The notes under the pieces: generated by a model | Told to the model about the DNA's origin: nothing | Databases searched by the model: none | The model's input: only the letters and a program-made list of their open reading frames with translations | Program-made: the position numbers and the translations under genes | Source: Fibrobacteria bacterium | GTDB taxonomy: Bacteria; Fibrobacterota; Chitinivibrionia; Chitinivibrionales; FEN-1185 | Assembly (NCBI GenBank): GCA_037447435.1 | Contig: JBBIGR010000045.1 | Location: forward strand, 1-40,192 | DNA: 40,192 bases | Direction: 5' to 3' | In this document: in pieces, positions 8,627 to 17,687 of the stretch | Numbering within the stretch: the first letter of the stretch is position 1 | Layout: the number at the start of each line of letters is the position of its first letter

Positions 8627-9017
8627 AGGGAAAAACAGGCTAATCGAAGATTGGTATCGATTCGCACGTGAAGATCTTGCCGCAGCACGTGAACTTGCTA
8701 GTCGCGGTTCATTTCATCATCAAGCGTGCCTTCTTTCTCAGCAATCGAGTGAGAAATATCTGAAAGCATATTTACTTTCAAAAGGTTGGAAACTCGCAAA
8801 AACACACGAGCTTTCACAGCTTGTTAGCGAATGCTGCATTTATGATGAAACATTTCAAGAATTATACTTAGATTGTGAACTATTAAACAAATATATCATA
8901 ACAGGTCGATATCCTGGTGACCAGCCTTTTGATAGCACCAGCGATAATGATTCTAAGAAAGCCATTGAGGCGGCAAGCAACGTGGAAAAATTTATTTTAG
9001 GAAAAAGGTTTTCTTAA
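8616..9017 (+). CDS. HEPN domain protein (MNT-HEPN pair)
   Basis: AREDL..A...QQSSEKYLKAYL...KTHEL..L...RYP. ATG 8616 overlaps the MNT end; stop overlaps the next start (TAATG). Confidence 0.9.
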   Translation: MSAEGKNRLIEDWYRFAREDLAAARELASRGSFHHQACLLSQQSSEKYLKAYLLSKGWKLAKTHELSQLVSECCIYDETFQELYLDCELLNKYIITGRYPGDQPFDSTSDNDSKKAIEAASNVEKFILGKRFS

Positions 9018-10063
9018 TGTCCGAACCGTACCAAGATATTCACAGCTATTATTTCATAAAGCCACAAGCTGCGCCTGCGGACAATACACGCGTAAAATAC
9101 AAAACAGACCCTGTACCGGAACCGCCTAAAGAGCCTGCACAAATAGAAGTAAGGCTTTCGGAAGGAAAATTCCTGTCGCCCAAAGAAGGGGTAAGTTTCA
9201 ACGGCAAATGTAAAGCCCAGGTCAAAGTCGAATATTTACGCCATTCAATAATGACCAAAATCACCTTTTGCCTTTATTGCACCTACAAAGGCAAAACGGA
9301 AATAATGAAACCCGACAAAGTAGGGAACGAAAAAAACGGCATAGCCGAAACCGAGTTTACAATTTTTTATCCGGATGATTATACCCAGGGTGAAACGGTT
9401 GAGTACTTTTTCAAGGCTGCGCATCGAAGAGGCGAGAAAGAAGTTATGAGCGAGAAAATTACAATGCCCCTTAAAGGAAATGGTAGTTTTTGCTTTCCGC
9501 TTAATTTCAAATTTCAAGATAAAGGATATAAGCAAGGTGCTCGCGCTTTTGGATCATCAAGAAATAATGGGGAACGGGCGCATGCCGGATGCGATCTTTA
9601 TGCTCCCGCAGGTGAAAATATTTATGCTGTCGCCGATGGCGAAGTAAAAGCATACCATGATTTTTATATGCAAACTTATGCTATGGTAATAGATCACAAA
9701 GATTATATCGTTAGATATGGGGAAATTCAGCCTCCTAAGGACCATGATTATGGCAATAACCCGCCAGATGATTTACGTAAAGGAATGGCAAGCAATGTTA
9801 TTATTGGCTCAAAAGTAAAAAAAGGCCAACATATTGCATACGTTGGACAATTACGGCAAAAGAATTCAATAACGGGTGCCTTAGAAAACTATAAACAAAC
9901 TATGCTACATTTTGAAATGTTCAAAGGAATTGCCGGAGGCAATCCCATATTATTAACCGCAAAGGATAATAAAGAATCTGATTTTGTTGCACCGCTAAAT
10001 TATGAAAGACGGAAAGATTTGCTAAATCCAACTCAAAATCTTGATAATGCAACTTCAATTTAG
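9017..10063 (+). CDS. Conserved N-terminal domain + M23 metallopeptidase; putative cell-wall toxin
   Basis: FGSSR....RAHAGCDLY (HxxxD), IYAVADGEV, VKKGQHIAYVG, LHFEM. No signal peptide. 131/151 aa identical to the N-terminus of 1203-2501 by manual alignment. Confidence 0.87.
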   Translation: MSEPYQDIHSYYFIKPQAAPADNTRVKYKTDPVPEPPKEPAQIEVRLSEGKFLSPKEGVSFNGKCKAQVKVEYLRHSIMTKITFCLYCTYKGKTEIMKPDKVGNEKNGIAETEFTIFYPDDYTQGETVEYFFKAAHRRGEKEVMSEKITMPLKGNGSFCFPLNFKFQDKGYKQGARAFGSSRNNGERAHAGCDLYAPAGENIYAVADGEVKAYHDFYMQTYAMVIDHKDYIVRYGEIQPPKDHDYGNNPPDDLRKGMASNVIIGSKVKKGQHIAYVGQLRQKNSITGALENYKQTMLHFEMFKGIAGGNPILLTAKDNKESDFVAPLNYERRKDLLNPTQNLDNATSI

Positions 10064-10072
10064 GACACAAAA

Positions 10073-10609
10073 ATGAAGAGAAAATTCTTTATCAGTATAT
10101 CAGCAATTTTCTTTTTAATTAATTTTGCATCTTTTTCATTCTCTGCAGATTTCGGGAAAAATATTCAAGTTAAAAAAGATTTAAAAAACATAATTTTAAT
10201 CGCAGATTTTAATGGTGACCAGCTAAAAGATACTGTTGTGTTATTGGAAATCGGTGCAAATAGTCTACCTTTAAAAGAATGTGCTATCTCTAATCCTTGG
10301 TATGGAAAATCAATTAGACAAGATGGCGAGCCATTATCAATTGGAATCATATCATCAAATAAAGCATTAAATAAACCATCATTGACCATAATTCATGATT
10401 CTTCGTTTTTTTCAACGCCAATATGGACTTCAAATAAAATACCTATAGATATAGTCACAAAAGGCACAGCTAAATTTAAGCAGTGGAAAGAAACTGTTTC
10501 GGATTTAAAAAATGATGCAATCGTTTTAGGTACTGAAGCCGGAATTGATATTTTGATTTATTGGAATGGAAAAGCCTATATGCTTTTTCAACCAAATGAA
10601 GAACCATAA
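10073..10609 (+). CDS. Exported protein; candidate immunity protein of the upstream M23 peptidase
   Basis: Sec signal MKRKFFISISAIFFLINFASFSFS; DFNGDQLKD loop; 9 nt after the upstream stop. Immunity role is inferred. Confidence 0.7.
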   Translation: MKRKFFISISAIFFLINFASFSFSADFGKNIQVKKDLKNIILIADFNGDQLKDTVVLLEIGANSLPLKECAISNPWYGKSIRQDGEPLSIGIISSNKALNKPSLTIIHDSSFFSTPIWTSNKIPIDIVTKGTAKFKQWKETVSDLKNDAIVLGTEAGIDILIYWNGKAYMLFQPNEEP

Positions 10610-10683
10610 TATTTTTCAATTAATTTAATTTGCTCAATAAAACTTTCTCAAGTTTTGCTTTATCCTTTTGAAAGGTATGCCCT

Positions 10684-11993
10684 ATGAAAATATCATCAAG
10701 ATTCTTACTTGGTGGATTTATTGCATTTCTCAGCGCATCGATGCTCTTCGCTCAAGCAAGATCAGCCATTCAATTTTACGACACGACGGGCGCAAATAAA
10801 ACCGGAAAAATTGGCTGGACAGGCGATCAAAATACCGGCTCGATATTTATCCAAACCCCGCAAACGCCGATATTTTAAAAACAAAAACCGGCGGCATTGA
10901 TGTTAAAGGCACATTATCCGCAACCAAATTTTCCGGAGACGGCAGCAGCTTGACAAACCTTCCATCGCCAACACCGCCCGCAATTGCAACAATACCGGGC
11001 CTTCAAGATTCGCTTGGGAAAAGGCCCGATACAAATTGGGTCAAAACAAAAATTCCATCATCAAGCGGTTCAATATCCGCAATAACTGCAGATTCAGGAC
11101 TTGCCGGCGGCGGCAATAGCGGCACGGTTAGCTTGAAAGTGAAATACGGCGGTACGGGAACCGCTGCAACAGTATCTCGAAGTGACCATACCCACACGGG
11201 ACTAACTGATGCGAACATATCGTCATTGAGCTATTCAAAGCTGAGCGGTGCACCAACCATTCCCACAGTGCCGTCGAGTTTGCCGCCTAACGGGACTGCT
11301 GGCGGATCATTAAGTGGAACTTATCCTACGCCTAAAATCGCTTCAAATGCCATTTCTGATACAAATATCAGTACTAATGCAAATATCGCAGGCGGTAAAA
11401 TCAACCCCGATTTTGGAACAAAATCAATAGTGACAAGTTCGAATATTACTTTACGTTCTTCCGACAATCAGCCCCAAATGGGTTTGATTGTCGAACCTAA
11501 TGTGTTTGAAATTTATAGCATCAGAGGCGGCGCGCGATCAAGTGAATGTTTCCATATTCAAAACCTGAGTGCTTCGACAAATGACAATTTCGGGGAATTC
11601 TATGGAAGCTTAGATATTGGGAAATCAATAACCGCACAAACATGCTGCAGCAGCTCGGATAAACGTTTCAAAAAAAATATTACGGGAATTACGAACGCCC
11701 TTCAACTTACGGACTCCCTTCAAGGTGTATATTATGATTGGCGTTGCAATGAATTTCCCGAGCGATCATTTTCCAGTAATCGCCAAATCGGCCTTATTGC
11801 TCAAGATGTTGAAAAAGTCCTTCCCATGGTTGTAAATCAGGACAATGAAGGTTATAAATCTATTTCTTACGATAAAATATCGGCCCTTTTAATAGAAGCA
11901 ATAAAAGAACAGCAGACAATTATTAAAAGCCAGGATGATCGAATTAAGAAATTAGAACAAGAAATGGCAACCTTAAAAGATTCAAAGCAATGA
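10684..11993 (+). pseudogene. Secreted tail-fibre-like protein with C-terminal S74 intramolecular chaperone, split by a single frameshift near 10855-10875
   Basis: Signal peptide ORF (10684-10878) continues in the -1 frame as ANADILKTKTGGIDVKGTLSATKFSGDGSSLTNLP into ORF 10950-11993. C-terminus SSDKRFKKNI...GLIAQDVEKVLP...LLIEAIKEQQ plus coiled coil. Confidence 0.8.
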
Positions 11994-12009
11994 AAGATCA
12001 TTAACCATC

Positions 12010-12774
12010 ATGGGAAATAACAGGACACGATCTATTAACGGCTTTAAATTTCGTGCTTTTTTACGGATAAAATTGAATTTTATCCATTCATTATTATACC
12101 TGGGAAACAACGTTAATTGTCCTTGTTGTAAAGGCAATTTCAACAAATTCCTTCTTTGGGACCCGAGTGATCCAAAAGATGAAAATCTTATTTGTCCTCG
12201 ATGCAATTCGCACAGCAGACATAGAACAATTTTATTATACTTGCAAAGGGAAACAAAAATATTTTCCAGCCAAGGAAAAATGTTGCATTTTGCCCCGGAA
12301 CCTTTTTTTATTCCGATTTTCAAATCACAGCATAACATCGATTATGTGACCGGGGATTTAAATCCTGTTTTCGCAGACAACAAAATTGACATAACGAATA
12401 TTTCTTTTTCAAATAATTTTTTTGATTTTATTCTATGCCTTCATGTTTTAGAACACATCGTCGACGATGAAAAAGCAATGCGCGAATTGTTTCGCGTTCT
12501 TAAGCCCGGCTCATTCGCTTTAATCCAAGTACCTATTGATTTGGCCAAGTCGGTAACCTTTGAAGACACTTCAATAACTACCGAGGCAGACAGGCTTAAT
12601 TTTTTCGGGCAAGTCGACCATGTTAGAATTTGCGGTACCGATTATTATAAACGGCTTGAACAAGTCGGCTTTTCGGTAGAAACATGCAACTACTCGGATG
12701 TTTTTTCCAACGACGACAAACGCAAATTCGGACTTACAAGCAGAGAGGATTTTTACATCTGCAGGAAGCCTTGA
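12010..12774 (+). CDS. Class I SAM-dependent methyltransferase-like protein with N-terminal Zn ribbon
   Basis: CPCC...CPRC; MLHFAPE; FDFILCLHVLEHI; ELFRVLKPG; FGQVDHVR. Confidence 0.85.
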   Translation: MGNNRTRSINGFKFRAFLRIKLNFIHSLLYLGNNVNCPCCKGNFNKFLLWDPSDPKDENLICPRCNSHSRHRTILLYLQRETKIFSSQGKMLHFAPEPFFIPIFKSQHNIDYVTGDLNPVFADNKIDITNISFSNNFFDFILCLHVLEHIVDDEKAMRELFRVLKPGSFALIQVPIDLAKSVTFEDTSITTEADRLNFFGQVDHVRICGTDYYKRLEQVGFSVETCNYSDVFSNDDKRKFGLTSREDFYICRKP

Positions 12775-12864
12775 CATAGCAACAGGATCCATCGCGATAT
12801 AGATTATATAATATTTTAGCATTCCCAAAAAACATGTCGAACCGTCTCGTTTTCTTTTTAAATA

Positions 12865-12904
12865 ATTTTCTTCTTTTCAATACCTTTTCTATTATTTAAG
12901 TTAT
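12865..12904 (+). repeat. 40-bp AT-rich motif, copy C, upstream of the HDOD gene
   Basis: ATTTTCTTCTTTTCAATACCTTTTCTATTATTTAAGTTAT; 35/40 identical to 268-307. Confidence 0.65.
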
Positions 12905-12965
12905 TACTATCAGCCCTTTGAAATTTCACCGGAGAATATCCACTTATCCAATACGGTTAATCAAT

Positions 12966-13805
12966 ATGATTAATAACGGTATAACTTTACAAAAAATCAT
13001 TCTGAATATCGAACATATCGGCACTCCTCATAACATCGTTTTCAAACTTCTTGAAAAATCGGATAAAGTGAACATCGGGATCGACCAAATCGCATCCGAT
13101 ATTTCGCAGGACGCCACGGTTTCCGCCCTCGTCCTTAAAACGGCCAACAGCGTTCATTTTACCCGAGGACAGCGGATAAAGTCTATAAAGCAAGCGGTCA
13201 TCCATCTGGGAATAGACAATATTAAAAAATTGCTCTTCGCAGTCGAAATGCTCGGGGTTTTCAAGGGTAATTGCGCTTCGGACAAATTTTCGGAAATTGA
13301 CTTTTGGAAACACACGCTGGCTGGGGCAATTCTTGCGTCCAAATATGCCTCCTTTATAAAAACATGCCCCGCCGATATCGCGTACGCAGCGGCCCTCATG
13401 CGGGACATCGGCATTTTGGCGATACGGCAATTCACGCCGGATGAATTCGACCGGATACTCCTTCATAAAGACGCCGAACGATTGCCCGTATATAACCTTT
13501 TCAAAAGCATCTTAGGCATTTCTCACAGAGAAATCGGTTATATGATCGGCCTTCGATGGAATTTGCCCAGCATAATCATCGAACCCATTAAAGATGCAAC
13601 GAACAAATTTGAAACAACCGACGAAATAGAAGCAGTCCGCGCATCGATTCTCTTTGCCGACGAACTTCTGCATGTGACGAACTATTGCCTATGGGACGTT
13701 AATTACTTGCCCGGGAACTTCGATTTTCACGGGATACCCTGCGAAGAAATGCTGAAAGAAACAAGGGCCCTTGTCGATAAAATGATTCTGGAATTCTGGT
13801 TGTAG
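12966..13805 (+). CDS. HDOD domain signal-transduction protein
   Basis: ISQDATVSALVLKTANS, SIKQAVIHLG, FWKH, ALMRDIG (usual His replaced by Arg), LGISHREIG...WNLP. Confidence 0.88.
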   Translation: MINNGITLQKIILNIEHIGTPHNIVFKLLEKSDKVNIGIDQIASDISQDATVSALVLKTANSVHFTRGQRIKSIKQAVIHLGIDNIKKLLFAVEMLGVFKGNCASDKFSEIDFWKHTLAGAILASKYASFIKTCPADIAYAAALMRDIGILAIRQFTPDEFDRILLHKDAERLPVYNLFKSILGISHREIGYMIGLRWNLPSIIIEPIKDATNKFETTDEIEAVRASILFADELLHVTNYCLWDVNYLPGNFDFHGIPCEEMLKETRALVDKMILEFWL

Positions 13806-13824
13806 CTGTTAAAATATTGTCCAT

Positions 13825-13865
13825 AAGCGCTTCCGCATAAAGGAGAGGGCGGCGGCGCTTTTTTT
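13825..13865 (+). terminator. Intrinsic terminator after the HDOD gene
   Basis: AAGCGC-TT-CCGC...GCGG-CG-GCGCTT followed by a T run. Confidence 0.55.
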
Positions 13866-13928
13866 ATGTATTTTATGGTTACGATCCAATCTTTCCAGAA
13901 CATTTTTTCATTGAAAGCTCTTAGCCGT

Positions 13929-14666
13929 ATGAAAATCAAATTTTCCGTTATTTCTTTTTTGTTTTTCATTGTGTCGACTTTTTCACAATCATATGCGTCG
14001 GTCAAAATTCTCAACGACGATACATTGTCAAAATGGGTTACAAACGGGACGTCGTTCGATTTTATTCTAATCGACGTTCGTAATCCTTCCGAGCTTTCGA
14101 CTTCGTCAATTATTGCCTCAAGCAGCTGCAAACCGTATAATTTTTCGTATAACCTCGGCGCTTTCGATTCTATTATTCCGCAACTTCCAAAAATAATAAC
14201 CATAATTTTATACTGTGCCGCCGGTGGCCGAAGTGCTTCTGCGGCCCAGAAATTGGATGCCGCGGGTTTTTCTATTGTGTATTCCCTGGACGGCGGTTTT
14301 TCAAATTATTCCTCGATTAGTTCAAGGGCAACAAGACCTTATTCCGAGGTCAAACCGGCATCGGCATTGCCTGCTCCATCGATGTCTAAAACCGCAATAA
14401 CCGATATCCATAATAATGATATATTTCCTTTGAATTCGATACTCACGGTACAAAAAAACGTCGTTCGTGTTTTTTCCCCTTTGCACTTGAACCATCATTT
14501 GTCCATTACCGATATGGGAGGAAAAACGATTGCCTCTTTCGACAATCCGTTTTTGCATTCACCTTCCTTTACGATACCCCGGAATATTGTTCCCGGAACG
14601 TATATACTTTCCTTACAAGGGCAAACCAATTCCATAATCATCTGTAAAACACCCGTGATTCAATAG
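13929..14666 (+). CDS. Secreted rhodanese-like domain protein with C-terminal sorting-like tail
   Basis: Signal peptide; LIDVRNPSE, YCAAGGRSA, VYSLDGGF; tail ITDMGGKTI...PGTYIL. Confidence 0.8.
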   Translation: MKIKFSVISFLFFIVSTFSQSYASVKILNDDTLSKWVTNGTSFDFILIDVRNPSELSTSSIIASSSCKPYNFSYNLGAFDSIIPQLPKIITIILYCAAGGRSASAAQKLDAAGFSIVYSLDGGFSNYSSISSRATRPYSEVKPASALPAPSMSKTAITDIHNNDIFPLNSILTVQKNVVRVFSPLHLNHHLSITDMGGKTIASFDNPFLHSPSFTIPRNIVPGTYILSLQGQTNSIIICKTPVIQ

Positions 14667-14824
14667 CGGTTTAAAAAAAACCGCTATTACTTCAAATATT
14701 ATTTGCATATTCGCATTTGGCGTTATTTAGATTTTTTATTACCACCATTCATTGATGATTTTATCATCAACTGTCTTAACTTATAATTATTTATTTCTTC
14801 ACATTCATTCATGGAGGTCCTTTT

Positions 14825-15136
14825 ATGGCATTTGCGAGTAAGACGGAACTTGTTGGACTGCAAAAAAAACTCGGCACCGACGAGGCAATTGCAAAAAAAT
14901 TCAAAGTGACCCGTCAGGCAGTGCATCAACTCCGGACAAAACACGGAATTCCTTCACTCCTTGTAAAAAATCCTGAACGTAACGATAAAATCGTATCGAT
15001 GTATAAAGCCGGAAAAACCGGAACCGAAATCGCAGAGAAAATCGGTTTATCCATGGGGCAAGTTTATCGAGTCATTGCCCAGGGAACCGGCAAAAAATCC
15101 GATAAGCGGAAAAAAACCGCGAAGAAAAAGAAATAA
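14825..15136 (+). CDS. Small basic tandem helix-turn-helix DNA-binding protein
   Basis: DEAIAKKFKVTRQAVHQLR and GTEIAEKIGLSMGQVYRVI HTH-like segments; Lys-rich tail; RBS GGAGG. Confidence 0.8.
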   Translation: MAFASKTELVGLQKKLGTDEAIAKKFKVTRQAVHQLRTKHGIPSLLVKNPERNDKIVSMYKAGKTGTEIAEKIGLSMGQVYRVIAQGTGKKSDKRKKTAKKKK

Positions 15137-15158
15137 TAGTTCACTACAATCGAATCTG

Positions 15159-15196
15159 AAACGCCGAAGACAAATCTTTGTCTCGGCGTTTTTTTT
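15159..15196 (+). terminator. Intrinsic terminator
   Basis: AAACGCCGA(A)GACAAA-TC-TTTGTCTCGGCGTTT followed by a T run. Confidence 0.8.
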
Positions 15197-15273
15197 ACCC
15201 CGGCGTTAAGTAATTTTGTTCTGTATTTTTAATGGCATAAAAAACGCTATTGATTTTCTTAAGGGGGGAATTG

Positions 15274-16341
15274 ATGAGCCGTATCACTTATTTGCTTTTT
15301 TGTTTCTGCAGCGTTATAATTTTTACCGCTACATTCTGCACCTCGGCCTTTGCGGCGACACCCAGATTCAAAGTCCTTGTCGTGGCCACGGAAAACACTT
15401 CCGATTCCCATTATGCAATGGTTGAAGCAGGTAAAACCTTTTTATATGCTTTAGCTGCCGATAGTAATTTTTCAATCACCTGGGTGCAAAATCCGAACGG
15501 TTTTACTGACGCATACCTTGCGGACTACAAACTGATTCTCCAGTTAAATTATCCGCCGTTCGGCTGGAATTCCACTTCCCAAACCGCATTTCAAAATTAT
15601 ATGGAACAAGGCAAAGGTGGATGGATCGGCATTCATCACCCGGGGATTTACTCACAAAGCACAGCCGGCTCGCAACAACTTTTTACCTGGTTTCAACCAT
15701 TTTTCGGCGGAATAACATACTTAGGCTATATTGCAAGCCGGTGCCAGGGCACAATTACTTCCGAAGACACCACCCACCCCTGCTTTAAAGGCGTTCCTAA
15801 AACATTTATTATGAAAGATGAAGAATGGTTTTACTGGGACAAAAGTCCACGGCCGTCCGTGCATATGCTCGCAACGGTTAATGAAAAAACTTTTGTACCC
15901 GATTCTGCCTCGTTCAATAAAATGCCTAACGATCATCCGGTTGCATGGTCAAATGAAAATGCCAAATACAAAGCCAGAAATATTTACATTTCGGTAGGAC
16001 ATTCGGCCCAGGCATTTGCAAATTCCGCGTTTACGACCATCGTTCGGAATGCCATTTTTTGGGCTGCTGCAACAGGGACTACCTCGACTTCGACAACGGT
16101 GGAAAAAGGATTCAAACCTTCAATCATTCTTAACCTGAGTGCGCGCTCGATTTCGGTATCCGTTCAAAACGTAAACAGTTTTGATGTTTTCATTTCGAAT
16201 GTCCAAGGACAAATTGTCAAGCGAGCACATACCGTTCATGGATCAATTGCTTTTGATCGCAAGGAACTTAAGGCGGGATTGTATACGGTGATGACCGGCA
16301 ACGCTGGAAAAACTCTATCGCAAAAATTATTGATTAATTAG
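15274..16341 (+). CDS. Secreted ThuA-like domain protein with C-terminal sorting-like tail
   Basis: Signal peptide; GGWIGIH, EEWFYW, DHPVAW, YISVGH, RNAIFWAA; tail ISNVQGQIV...AGLYTV. Confidence 0.85.
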   Translation: MSRITYLLFCFCSVIIFTATFCTSAFAATPRFKVLVVATENTSDSHYAMVEAGKTFLYALAADSNFSITWVQNPNGFTDAYLADYKLILQLNYPPFGWNSTSQTAFQNYMEQGKGGWIGIHHPGIYSQSTAGSQQLFTWFQPFFGGITYLGYIASRCQGTITSEDTTHPCFKGVPKTFIMKDEEWFYWDKSPRPSVHMLATVNEKTFVPDSASFNKMPNDHPVAWSNENAKYKARNIYISVGHSAQAFANSAFTTIVRNAIFWAAATGTTSTSTTVEKGFKPSIILNLSARSISVSVQNVNSFDVFISNVQGQIVKRAHTVHGSIAFDRKELKAGLYTVMTGNAGKTLSQKLLIN

Positions 16342-16372
16342 ATTTTTGCGATAAAAAGGTTTCATCTAAAAT

Positions 16373-16411
16373 AGTGCATTGGCTTTGCTTGCTTACCAAT
16401 GCACTTTTTTT
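16373..16411 (+). terminator. Intrinsic terminator between convergent genes
   Basis: AGTGCATTGG...CCAATGCACT followed by a T run. Confidence 0.7.
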
Positions 16412-16446
16412 ATGCAGCGGACGCAGGAAGCCTCAGAAGTTGCGTA

Positions 16447-16983
16447 TTATTTTTTAGCCTCGGGCATAAAACTTGCAACGACAACTGCAAAGTACAACAG
16501 ATAGCACAATGCGACAACCAGCTTTTCCCAAATCGACAACTCGCCTGCATTGACCTCGTCGAATCCGTTGGCTTTGTTCCATTCCTTCATGCTGTTTTGC
16601 ATATACAAAAGCGGAAGAAAATTAAACGATGTCAACAGCCAATACGGCTGCGGCAATTTATAAAGAAATGAGACGAGAATATAGACAATACCAAGGACTA
16701 TGGGGTTCCATGGAATCGAAATGCCTTTATCGTCCGAATCGTTTTTAATGTTGAAACAAAAACTGAAAATAAAAATCGGCGCGAAAAAAGCCCTTAAAAA
16801 CGGAATTATGTTTTTCCCGGAATTGTTTTTCATGACATGCCAATTTTTATAAATCCAGTAAACTCCGGAAATATTGAATGTAATGATATTGAGAATCGCA
16901 AAACGAAACGTACTTACCGTATAATACGGTTGCAATTCAATTTCTTCGTTATTTTCATCGGTGCCATCACTATCGTTTTCCAT
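16447..16983 (-). CDS. Membrane protein (DUF4234-like)
   Basis: FAILNIITF..GVYWIYKNW...RAFFAPIF; several TM segments. Confidence 0.7.
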   Translation of the reverse strand: MENDSDGTDENNEEIELQPYYTVSTFRFAILNIITFNISGVYWIYKNWHVMKNNSGKNIIPFLRAFFAPIFIFSFCFNIKNDSDDKGISIPWNPIVLGIVYILVSFLYKLPQPYWLLTSFNFLPLLYMQNSMKEWNKANGFDEVNAGELSIWEKLVVALCYLLYFAVVVASFMPEAKK

Positions 16984-17126
16984 TGTATTCCCTTTTCATA
17001 AATACAAAAATCCGTTGCGAAGATTTAGTTTTGTTTCATAATTGAGCAATAGATAAATTAATAGCAGAACGTTTCGAAATTCGTTTTTTTTAGGAAATGC
17101 CAACCTTACCCTGAAGGAGGTTTCAA

Positions 17127-17597
17127 ATGGCCAAGGTGACGCTCAGTACTATTGATGCTTTTCTTTCGGCAAAACATATCGCGGTTATCGGCTCATCCAG
17201 AAATCCCAAAGAATATTCGAGATTGCTTTTTCGCGAGCTCATAAAACACGGATATGACGCGATTCCGGTTAATCCTTTCGTCGATGCATTGGACGAGCAT
17301 CAATGCTTCAAAAATGTAAAGGACATCTCGCCGGTCCCCGATGGGGCTTTAATTCTTCTTCCTGAAGATAAAACCGAACAGGCCGTCATCGACTGCGCCG
17401 ATGCGGGCATTAAAAATGTCTGGCTTCATCGGCATGTGGCCGGCGGCGTTTCGGATACAAGGGCGATATTTCGTGCCGAAGAACGGGGAATTTCATTGAT
17501 AACCGGGTTCTGCATGTTCATGTTTCTGCCAAAATCTTCCGTGATTCATAAATTCCACGGCACCATCATGAAGCTTATCGGTATTTATCCCAAATAA
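17127..17597 (+). CDS. CoA-binding domain protein (YccU-like)
   Basis: IAVIGSSRNP, GYDAIPVNP, GIKNVWL, GFCMFM; RBS AAGGAGG. Confidence 0.85.
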   Translation: MAKVTLSTIDAFLSAKHIAVIGSSRNPKEYSRLLFRELIKHGYDAIPVNPFVDALDEHQCFKNVKDISPVPDGALILLPEDKTEQAVIDCADAGIKNVWLHRHVAGGVSDTRAIFRAEERGISLITGFCMFMFLPKSSVIHKFHGTIMKLIGIYPK

Positions 17598-17687
17598 ATT
17601 TTATGCCTTGATATTTTATTATAATACAGTATACTAACTATGTATTGTCATTTTTGAATTTCTCAACCAATTTCAGGAGTAGGGTTC

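Noticed and set aside
519..10609. Integron cassette array
   Set aside because: No integron integrase in the window, and I did not find attC-type RYYYAAC/GTTRRRY ends in the repeats.
10850..10880. Programmed -1 ribosomal frameshift in the fibre gene
   Set aside because: No in-frame X-XXY-YYZ slippery heptamer or clear downstream stimulator was identified; a simple indel is more parsimonious.
1203..11993. Prophage lysis/tail module
   Set aside because: No holin, capsid, terminase or integrase is seen. The fibre-like protein has a Sec signal, and the peptidases share a non-phage-like N-terminus with adjacent exported partners.
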